IMG/VR virus record: IMGVR_UViG_3300022181_000116
Location: 1 to 27,149 of that record
DNA: 27,149 nucleotides
DNA from: a virus
Lineage: Duplodnaviria > Caudoviricetes
Strand: one strand, 5' to 3'
Part shown: positions 17,978-25,462 of the stretch, piece after piece
Numbering within the stretch: the first letter of the stretch is position 1
Layout of the letters: every line of letters starts with the position of its first letter
Made by a program: the position numbers and the translations under genes
The notes under the pieces: generated by a model
What the model was told of the DNA's origin: nothing
Database searches by the model: none
The model's input: only the letters and a program-made list of their open reading frames with translations

Positions 17978-18346
17978 ATGATGACTGAAACACAAATTTA
18001 TGAAAGGCTGGTCCGCGTTGAGGAGTCGGCCAAATCCGCACACAAAAGAATCGACAAAGCCGAAGAAACTCAAGCCGAACTACATGCCTTAGCCATGTCA
18101 GTCAACAGCCTCGCTTTATCAGTTAAAGCAATCACCGAACAGAATAAAGAAATCGTTGATCGACTGACCCAAATCGAACACAAACCCTCAGTTGGTGTCG
18201 ATCGACTGAATCAGCTGGAGCAACGAATCTTGGACATTGAGCAACAGCCGAGCAAGGACTGGAAGAGACTCAAATGGATCATCATCTCGATTCTAGCATC
18301 GGCAATGATCAGCGGTCTTTTGACTTATTGGGGGATTCAAAAATGA
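17978..18346 (+). CDS. XhlA-like/holin-associated coiled-coil protein with a C-terminal TM helix
   Basis: ERLVRVEESAKSAHKRID start and hydrophobic C-terminus; lies in the lysis cassette. Confidence 0.7.
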   Translation: MMTETQIYERLVRVEESAKSAHKRIDKAEETQAELHALAMSVNSLALSVKAITEQNKEIVDRLTQIEHKPSVGVDRLNQLEQRILDIEQQPSKDWKRLKWIIISILASAMISGLLTYWGIQK

Positions 18347-18555
18347 AAATACGGTTTTCCAAAAAGATCGTGGTGGGAGTCAGCCTGGGGCTGGCTCTTT
18401 TTACATTCGCGGTCCTTGTCGTCTACTGGCACACCGGGGCTGAACCCGCGGTTCTGATCGGGGCAGTGTTCGGTTATGCAGTCAACCAGCTTTGGCAACT
18501 CGCGGGTATCAAGCGAGCAGAAATCAAAAAAGGAGAGAAAGAAAATGACATCTGA
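18343..18555 (+). CDS. Small two-TM holin-like protein (70 aa)
   Basis: ATGA overlap with the previous gene; MKIRFSKK, then two hydrophobic segments and a charged tail. Confidence 0.65.
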   Translation: MKIRFSKKIVVGVSLGLALFTFAVLVVYWHTGAEPAVLIGAVFGYAVNQLWQLAGIKRAEIKKGEKENDI

Positions 18556-18868
18556 AATGATTTATGGAATCGCAACGCTGATCGTTGCTGCAATTTTGTT
18601 TGTTCTGGCTCGAATTGGCTACAAACGCCAGGTCAGCGAGATCTTGTTCTATCTGGTGGTCCTGGCTGAAAAGCAGTTCGGTGGCGGGACGGGTGAGATC
18701 AAGTTTGCTGCCGTGACCGCCTGGATCTATGAAAAGATGCCGATCGCGTTGCATCTATTATTCACGCAAAAGGAAATCAGCAACCTGATTGAACTGGCCG
18801 TGGCCCGAATGAAAGAGTATTTGGCACAAAACCAGAAAGCATCCGAACAAGTGACAGGAGGCAACTGA
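18545..18868 (+). CDS. Holin-like protein (LL-H-like), N-terminal TM
   Basis: RBS AAGGAG before ATG 18545; AEKQFGGGTGEIKF...LIELAV pattern. Confidence 0.65.
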   Translation: MTSEMIYGIATLIVAAILFVLARIGYKRQVSEILFYLVVLAEKQFGGGTGEIKFAAVTAWIYEKMPIALHLLFTQKEISNLIELAVARMKEYLAQNQKASEQVTGGN

Positions 18869-18869
18869 G

Positions 18870-19256
18870 ATGGCAGTAAAAGCATTTTCACTGGTCCAGG
18901 AAGGATCCGAGCTGCTCTCGCCGCATTTCCGGGTCCGGGAGTTTGCCTGCAAGGACGGCAGCGACACGATCTACATCGACACGCTTTTGGTCTACTATCT
19001 CCAAAAGATCCGGGAGCATTTCGGTCGACCGGTGCGGATCCACTCGGCATACCGAACCCTTGCCTATAACAAGAAAGTCGGCGGGGCACAGGAGTCACAA
19101 CATGTTCTGGGCAAAGCTGCGGATATTCACATCGACGGCATCGAGCCCAAGCGGATCTATGATTATGCAAACTCCATCGGCGTGGGCGGGCTGGGGCTCT
19201 ACCCGTCGTTCGTGCACATCGATTGCCGGGTGGGTCGGTCCAGGTGGAACGGGTGA
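18870..19256 (+). CDS. Peptidase M15A-family Zn peptidase (putative endolysin, catalytic domain only)
   Basis: LSPHF..EFAC, SAYR...N..VGG...SQHVLGKAADI, FVHIDCR. Confidence 0.9.
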   Translation: MAVKAFSLVQEGSELLSPHFRVREFACKDGSDTIYIDTLLVYYLQKIREHFGRPVRIHSAYRTLAYNKKVGGAQESQHVLGKAADIHIDGIEPKRIYDYANSIGVGGLGLYPSFVHIDCRVGRSRWNG

Positions 19257-19326
19257 GGAACACAGGCGAAAAAATCGATGATTTTGCTGTCAGATGATAT
19301 GTCATGTAATCTTGAAAAATGAATAA

Positions 19327-19362
19327 TAGGCACCTACCAAAGCGCAACTTAGTAGGTGCCTA
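19327..19362. terminator. Hairpin between the convergent endolysin and LysM genes
   Basis: Perfect 11-bp stem TAGGCACCTAC / GTAGGTGCCTA; U-tracts are weak. Confidence 0.65.
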
Positions 19363-19388
19363 AACATCATTAATCGATCTTAGTTAAA

Positions 19389-20975
19389 TTATGCAATGAT
19401 CAGAGTTTTTCCAGCAAAGATTAAGTCAGGATTGGAAATGTTGTTTGCCGCAACAAGACTTTGAACCGATACACCAAATTTGAACGCGATGCTTGAAAGA
19501 GTGTCACCCAGTTGGATCACATAAGTGTTCGCGGAAGCAGTTGTTCCTGTGCCAGAGATTACACCATACTGCGAGAAATGATTATTCTCAAACCGCAAGT
19601 AGTTCTTTCCATCCAAAGTCACTGGGGTTACTGGTAGAATAGCCGTGTTGCCATCCGTGTCAATATACACAATACCTAGTTCCCCTTGTCCCGCGAACTC
19701 ATCAATCGGTATTAAAACAGGGATATTTTTCTTGATGTCAGCGTTATCAACTTCACGAACTTCAACTGTTCCGTCATTCCAGACAATTTTCATCATCAAC
19801 CGTATGTTGTAATCTTTAAGCAGCATTTGTCCGGGTGCCAGTTTGGCAAAGGCTTGTGCAGTCTTTAAATCGAAAACTTCTGTCTCCAGCCATACCGTTA
19901 TATTTTTAACTGACGGACTCCAAATTTCAGGGGTAGCTAGGCAATAGTTGATATTTTCTGTTTTGACACCACTTGTATCAAGTGGATTCGTTTGAAGTGT
20001 AACAACTTCATGACGACCTAAGGGTTCTTTGACATCCTCCACTTCATCGGATGCCACTAATGTTGGAGAATAGAATGTCAGATCTAAAAAGTCTATCCAG
20101 GTTACTTCGGAACACCAATGTGAATTATATGCAGCATAGGGACCAAATCCATAGGAATCAGAAATATCGTCAATGTCTTCGTCCATTACCACATCGGTTG
20201 CTCCGCTTGGCGTTGTGTGGTCAGCATCTGCATACTGGTATACCTTGAGATTGCTTGGAGTTGCAACAATTTTCAGGTACCGCATATCTGATTCGCCAAC
20301 AGAGGTTGTTGGGAACAAACTTTTATCAACCGAGGCAAGCTTGGTAAAGCCTTGGTCCGATCCACCTACACTCATATAATCTAATGTTACATGACTAAAC
20401 AGAGCTGGGTCATTTAACTTGTTTACGTTGACGTTTTCCAGCTTGAATAGGTCAATGGTTGAATAACCGACACCAACAAAATAACCTGTCAAAGTTCTTG
20501 GGTTAGATCCCGCATCGTATTTGGTATTGAATAGAAATCCTGCATACTGAAGGGTATGATATGATGCAGCTTCTTCATCAATTGCAAATTTGAACGTCTT
20601 CTCTTCTGCTGTCGAATTTGGGTTGAAAAGGAAATCATGAAAACCGTTTGTGCCATAACCACTGAATGTGATAGATGTGCCATCATCTGAAATTCGGATA
20701 TGCCGATGTTGAAATAATCCTTCATCTACCGAATAATAATCGTCTTCGGGATCATCAAAGAATGCAATCAATTTTTTTGCTGTGTACGATTCGGGGGAAG
20801 AAGCATCATAATTACGACTTGAGGGATCTACTGTCGCCGAGAAATTTGTATGATCCACAATATACCAGTCAATTTGAGATGCTTTGATTTCAGCAGCAGC
20901 AACATTTGTCACTGGAAAGACCGAAACCATAAAGATCAATGCCAGGATTAGAAATGGTATTTTTCTACGTTTCAT
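19389..20975 (-). CDS. Secreted surface protein: signal peptide, beta-sandwich domain, HFS-motif domain, C-terminal LysM
   Basis: GGAGG 9 nt before ATG 20975; MKRRK, hydrophobic stretch and AAA signal peptide; NHFSQY; YVIQLGDTLSSIAFKFGVSVQSLVAANNISNPDLIFAGKTLII (LysM). Confidence 0.9.
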   Translation of the reverse strand: MKRRKIPFLILALIFMVSVFPVTNVAAAEIKASQIDWYIVDHTNFSATVDPSSRNYDASSPESYTAKKLIAFFDDPEDDYYSVDEGLFQHRHIRISDDGTSITFSGYGTNGFHDFLFNPNSTAEEKTFKFAIDEEAASYHTLQYAGFLFNTKYDAGSNPRTLTGYFVGVGYSTIDLFKLENVNVNKLNDPALFSHVTLDYMSVGGSDQGFTKLASVDKSLFPTTSVGESDMRYLKIVATPSNLKVYQYADADHTTPSGATDVVMDEDIDDISDSYGFGPYAAYNSHWCSEVTWIDFLDLTFYSPTLVASDEVEDVKEPLGRHEVVTLQTNPLDTSGVKTENINYCLATPEIWSPSVKNITVWLETEVFDLKTAQAFAKLAPGQMLLKDYNIRLMMKIVWNDGTVEVREVDNADIKKNIPVLIPIDEFAGQGELGIVYIDTDGNTAILPVTPVTLDGKNYLRFENNHFSQYGVISGTGTTASANTYVIQLGDTLSSIAFKFGVSVQSLVAANNISNPDLIFAGKTLIIA

Positions 20976-21001
20976 TTGCAATGTCCTCCATTTTCTGTGG
21001 T

Positions 21002-21111
21002 GAACGAATCGTTATCCAAACTACTTGAATCTGGATACAGCAAATCGTTCCAATAACGAGTGGGTGTTTGAATAATCAATTACGCATTTCAATTATATGA
21101 TTGATTATTCA
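21002..21111 (-). promoter_or_regulatory. Two hairpins in the 5' leader of the LysM gene
   Basis: 12-bp stem TGAATAATCAAT/ATTGATTATTCA (21069-21111); interrupted stem GAACGA..TATCCA / TGGATA..TCGTTC (21002-21050). Confidence 0.5.
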
Positions 21112-21148
21112 GAAAGCAGACGTTAAACCAGCAACTAATAAGGAACAT
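21089..21148 (-). CDS. Putative 19-aa leader peptide MFLISCWFNVCFLNNQSYN
   Basis: GAGGGGG directly upstream of the ATG (spacing short); stop codon lies in the loop of the 12-bp hairpin. Confidence 0.3.
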   Translation of the reverse strand: MFLISCWFNVCFLNNQSYN

Positions 21149-21290
21149 CGCCCCCTCAAAAAAATATAGTAAAGCTTGAACTCAATTATCAATTTGCTCT
21201 GATAATGATCAAGCAAATTTTCAAAACTTATATTTGAATTATACATCGCAAATGTAACTTATAGCTATATATTCTGACAAAAACATGGGT

Positions 21291-21410
21291 TAATGGATAA
21301 AATTACTTTGAAATAGTCAATTGACTTATAGCGACGAGCTAGGAATAAATAATGAAGAGTACTACTTCTGAATCAGTCAATGGAAAACCCGTCGTGTAAT
21401 GGATAAAATT
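21291..21410 (+). repeat. 14-bp direct repeat TAATGGATAAAATT
   Basis: Exact copies at 21291-21304 and 21397-21410 in the divergent intergenic region. Confidence 0.7.
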
Positions 21411-21475
21411 GGAGCAATCATTTTAATTGATCTCATCTCAAAAAGATATTCTATAAGAAAACGAGAGGAGATCCC

Positions 21476-21709
21476 ATGTCAGAAAAGCCATTACCCGACG
21501 AGTTCTTTCCGCTTTATGACGTTGCCAGAGAGCGTGCCATGAACCATCCCGTATGGAACAAGTGCGAGATGGAAAAGTTATTTGCCATTGATCAGTCAAA
21601 CATGTCGGATGAATATGAGGACTTGCTTGTGGGTGCGTACGATCAGCAGATGGTCATGATCATCCACGAGCTCTACCAAATCTTCATTGGCGAGAAGCCG
21701 TTTCGTTAA
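21476..21709 (+). CDS. Small acidic hypothetical protein (77 aa)
   Basis: RBS GAGGAG before the ATG; isolated ORF in an AT-rich region; no recognisable motif. Confidence 0.65.
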   Translation: MSEKPLPDEFFPLYDVARERAMNHPVWNKCEMEKLFAIDQSNMSDEYEDLLVGAYDQQMVMIIHELYQIFIGEKPFR

Positions 21710-21915
21710 TCTCATTTGAATACTGTTATAAATCGATTTTATTCCTAGTTCAAGCTTAAAAATATATGACTGTTCTGTTCTATGGTTTTTATCGTTACTT
21801 TGATCTAACCAAATAGAATTCCCACTATGTAGTCGATATGCTAGGGGGCTCCATTTTGATTTGGAAATTTTATAAATTCATATTTAATATCGTAAGACGA
21901 GGCGGCGGATATTGT

Positions 21916-23184
21916 TCAATTTAGTTTGTTTGCAAGCACTTGGTCACCAAATTTGAAATATACTGCGCTTGTTTCATCGTCTTTGTGTTGGAATTTTATA
22001 TAATATTCTGTTCGCATCATCGCTCCAAAGGAATTCTGACTGTCAACATATGATTTTACTGTTAATATGTCTTTTTCTTTTCCAAACTCCCACCCTTCAT
22101 AAGGGTCAAGCCACCCACCTGGGAACTTAGCTGTTGAAGGGGCCTTCAAGACAGACTCAACTAAAGTTTTACAATATGAAGTTAGTGTCGAAAGTTCTCC
22201 AAAATCTCTTATAAACACATAATCAGCATTTAGGCCATCTTCGTTATAAATTACTTCAGTATTTTGATCAACTATTTCAACTATCCTTCCATTCAATACA
22301 TGATAAGCAAATATTGTAGACAAATCCCCGTCATTAGCAGGATAGGAAAATAGAAAGTCGCTTGAAGTCGCTAATCCGGAATTTTCAACTTGGATGTTAT
22401 CTTTATCACTCCAGATAGGCATATTGATTTCTTGAATAATATCATAAACTTTTATTGCAACATCTTCTTCTATTCCAACAGAAATTAAGTCTCTGCATAT
22501 TGAGCTTTGTAACTTGATTTCATTTTCATTTGTGGTTGTTGATTGAGTTGTAGACTGTGTTGTAGATTGCGTGGTGGACTCTGTTGATTCGTAGGTTGCT
22601 ACTAGAACTTTTTCAGTTGATTTGATGCCAGTATAAGAAGTCTCTGATTTTAATTGTAGTTCTAAATATTGTTGATCTTCATATTTTTCTTTTGCTATCT
22701 TGTACTCTGCAGAATAGAATCCATCTATTAGAGAACTCATTAAAACGGCAATCATAAATAAAATGAACCAACCCAATAGTGTGTATCCAATTTTCCGCTT
22801 CCGAAAAATTGGAATCATATTTCGAATTTTATCAAAGAGTAAAATAACGCTTGGTACTACAAAAATGAAAATAACTAGTAATGATGCATTAAGCTTATCA
22901 TAGAAAAGATCAGTTTCAGACACTTCAAAATCTGGGGACAAGAAAAGTGAAAAGGCAAACACAACAATAGCAAACAGAAAGAACAACCATTTTGCAATGT
23001 AATTGATTTTTTGCAATGGTGATTTGCTATCAAATTTTTCAGCAAAATGATTGACATGTCCAAAACCAACAGATGAAGTATTTGAATATTTGTTTTCGGT
23101 TATAACGTAATCTGATTTAGCACCACATTCCATGCAATATTTCGCTTCATCTGCCATTTGTTTCCCACATTTGCTACAATACAT
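21916..23184 (-). CDS. Zinc-ribbon membrane protein with an extracellular C-terminal domain
   Basis: MYCSKCG...YCMECG; three TM helices; S/T linker (TTQS)x3; LKAPSTAKF...YVDSQNSFGAMMR domain; very AT-rich. Confidence 0.85.
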   Translation of the reverse strand: MYCSKCGKQMADEAKYCMECGAKSDYVITENKYSNTSSVGFGHVNHFAEKFDSKSPLQKINYIAKWLFFLFAIVVFAFSLFLSPDFEVSETDLFYDKLNASLLVIFIFVVPSVILLFDKIRNMIPIFRKRKIGYTLLGWFILFMIAVLMSSLIDGFYSAEYKIAKEKYEDQQYLELQLKSETSYTGIKSTEKVLVATYESTESTTQSTTQSTTQSTTTNENEIKLQSSICRDLISVGIEEDVAIKVYDIIQEINMPIWSDKDNIQVENSGLATSSDFLFSYPANDGDLSTIFAYHVLNGRIVEIVDQNTEVIYNEDGLNADYVFIRDFGELSTLTSYCKTLVESVLKAPSTAKFPGGWLDPYEGWEFGKEKDILTVKSYVDSQNSFGAMMRTEYYIKFQHKDDETSAVYFKFGDQVLANKLN

Positions 23185-23403
23185 CTATATGTGTCCCCTT
23201 ATATTAAATTTATTTATTTAATACATATAGTAAATTGTTGAAACCTCGCGAGATACCATCAATTTTATATATAGATAATATACCACTGCAACATGACATT
23301 TAACTTATGATTTCGAGATTGACAAAATATGTTTTTCGATTGATTCCAGTTAAATTTGTACGGCTATTAAAGTTTCTTTTGGATTATGTTGAAAGTCTCT
23401 AAT

Positions 23404-23434
23404 AAGACCGAGGGGGAAAATCCTCGGTCTTTTT
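23404..23434 (+). terminator. Intrinsic terminator upstream of the recombinase module
   Basis: AAGACCGAGG / CCTCGGTCTT 10-bp stem followed by a T tract. Confidence 0.75.
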
Positions 23435-23523
23435 ATTTCAGCCATCAAGACCGTCCGAATTCCCCTTCTCTCATGGCTTATTTTGAAGGCAGTAAAATCC
23501 GCCTTCGTCAGGAGGCTTTGTTT

Positions 23524-23931
23524 ATGAATGTTCAGCAAAGGCAAGCGATCCATCGCCTTCGTGGCGAGGGGTTGAGTTATGCCAAGATATCAGCGTTGAC
23601 CGGGATCTCCGAAAACACGATCAAATCATTCTGTCGCAGAAATGGCCTCGGTAGTGTCGCAACTGAAGAAACAGCTGAAATTCCTTCAGGTTCTTTCTGC
23701 CGTCAATGCGGCTCTCCCCTCACCCAGACCAAAAGAGCTAAGCATAAGCGGTTCTGTTCTGATAAATGCCGCATGACCTGGTGGAACTCACACCCGGATG
23801 CCGTGAATCACAAATTGGTCCGACAAATCACCTGCCAATCATGCGGGAAAGCATTCACTGCCCTTGGCAATCGCACCCGGAAATACTGTTCCCAATCGTG
23901 CTACGCCCATGCAAAGGTGGTGCGGGTATGA
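23524..23931 (+). CDS. HTH (sigma region-4-like) plus Cys-rich Zn-finger protein (135 aa)
   Basis: AGGAGG before ATG 23524; GLSYAKISALTGISENTIKSFCRR HTH; CxxC, CSDKC, CxxC and CSQSC motifs. Confidence 0.8.
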   Translation: MNVQQRQAIHRLRGEGLSYAKISALTGISENTIKSFCRRNGLGSVATEETAEIPSGSFCRQCGSPLTQTKRAKHKRFCSDKCRMTWWNSHPDAVNHKLVRQITCQSCGKAFTALGNRTRKYCSQSCYAHAKVVRV

Positions 23932-24086
23932 GCAAGGAGCTGGCCATTATTCGTTACCGCGCCTCAATGACCATTTTCAATTCTTGGGCTTCGAAAGGGA
24001 TCATTTCCAAGGAAGAACTACTAACAATTGATACAATCATTGCCCAAAAATACGGTCTTTCTTTTGACAGTATATATCGCCTGTAA
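23928..24086 (+). CDS. SHOCT-like small protein (52 aa)
   Basis: ATGA coupling; SKGIISKEE motif; MSKELAIIRYRASM...KYG. Confidence 0.7.
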   Translation: MSKELAIIRYRASMTIFNSWASKGIISKEELLTIDTIIAQKYGLSFDSIYRL

Positions 24087-24145
24087 GCCTTGATACGACG
24101 GGGTTTTGGAGTGATGAATGTGTTAACAGAAAGGAGGCAAAAACA

Positions 24146-25462
24146 GTGAATCGAACTATCACCAAAACAAAATTCCCGCTTGCACCACTCCCCTCCCTCA
24201 CCCGAGTCGCTGCCTATGCTCGGGTGTCGTCTGGCAAAGATGAAATGCTCCATTCTCTTGCCGCCCAGGTCAGTTATTACAGCGAGTACATCCAGAAACA
24301 ACCGGGTTGGATTTACAGTGGGGTCTATGCTGACGAGGCAATAACTGGCACCAAGGACAATCGACCTGAATTCCAGCGAATGATCTCGGATTGTATGCTG
24401 GGAAAGATCGACAGTATCATCACCAAGTCCATTTCCCGTTTTGCCAGAAATACAGTCACGCTTCTGGAGACGGTTCGAGAGCTCAAGGCGTTTGGCATCG
24501 ACGTCTATTTTGAAGAACAGAACATCCATACCCTGTCCGGCGAAGGCGAGCTGATGCTGACGATCTTGGCATCCTATGCCCAGGAAGAAAGCCTATCGGT
24601 CAGTGAGAATTGCAAATGGCGGATTCGACAGGATTTCAGCAAGGGGAAACCGGGAAACATCAAGGTATTGGGTTATGACTTGGTAGATGGTCAGCTGGAA
24701 ATCAATACCCAAGAAGCGGAAACCGTCAGGATGATCTTTGCCGATTACCTCAGTGGCATGGGCAAAAATGCGATCGTGAAGAAACTGCGAGAGCTAGGTG
24801 TCTCGACAAAGACAAACCGAAATTGGCAGGTCAACACCATTTACACGATCCTGCGAGATGAAAAATACATAGGACAGCTATTAATGCAAAAGACCTTTCG
24901 CAGTGATCACCTGAACAAGATCAAGAAAGTGAACAACGGAGAGATCCTTCAATATTGCATCGATAAAAATCATCCTGCGATCATTTCAAATGACATTTTT
25001 GAAATGGTGCAGCAAGAGATCGCACGTCGTGAGAAAAAGTACATGCCCCGACCTCGAACACCGATCTTCTCGGAGTTCACCGGCAAAATTCAGTGCGGGA
25101 TCTGCGGGGCTAGTTTTCGCCGAAAGATAGTCAACGCCGGAACTCGCTTCGCAACGGCTAAATGGGTCTGTTCCAGTTACAACACCTACGGGATATCCGC
25201 CTGTTGTATGAAGCCGATTCCGGAAGATGTCTTGAAACTACTGGCAGCTGATGTTTTAGGAATTGACACCTATGAACAAGATACAGTCGCATCAAATATC
25301 CAGAAAATCATCATTCCAAAATTTGGCGAGATTGAATTTCACACCATGGATGGTCGATCAGAGATAAAAGCATGGCGGTATCCATCCCGGTGTGACAGTT
25401 GGACCGATGAAATGAAACACGATGCCAGAATACGAACGGCAATAAATCGAGGGGGCAACTAA
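24146..25462 (+). CDS. Large serine recombinase 1 (438 aa)
   Basis: AAYARVSS (catalytic Ser), TKSISRFARN, AQEES, recombinase domain, Zn ribbon CGICG...WVC...C; no long coiled coil. Confidence 0.95.
   Translation: MNRTITKTKFPLAPLPSLTRVAAYARVSSGKDEMLHSLAAQVSYYSEYIQKQPGWIYSGVYADEAITGTKDNRPEFQRMISDCMLGKIDSIITKSISRFARNTVTLLETVRELKAFGIDVYFEEQNIHTLSGEGELMLTILASYAQEESLSVSENCKWRIRQDFSKGKPGNIKVLGYDLVDGQLEINTQEAETVRMIFADYLSGMGKNAIVKKLRELGVSTKTNRNWQVNTIYTILRDEKYIGQLLMQKTFRSDHLNKIKKVNNGEILQYCIDKNHPAIISNDIFEMVQQEIARREKKYMPRPRTPIFSEFTGKIQCGICGASFRRKIVNAGTRFATAKWVCSSYNTYGISACCMKPIPEDVLKLLAADVLGIDTYEQDTVASNIQKIIIPKFGEIEFHTMDGRSEIKAWRYPSRCDSWTDEMKHDARIRTAINRGGN

Noticed and set aside
20976-21915. CRISPR array, tRNA or known riboswitch in the long AT-rich intergenic regions
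   Set aside because: No regularly spaced repeats, cloverleaf or recognisable riboswitch consensus seen.
23386-23523. N-terminal extension of the HTH/Zn ORF given in the ORF track
   Set aside because: It spans a terminator, and the strong SD is at ATG 23524. Track starts at 2370, 8599, 9019, 9595, 18274, 18476 and 23766 were shortened for similar reasons.
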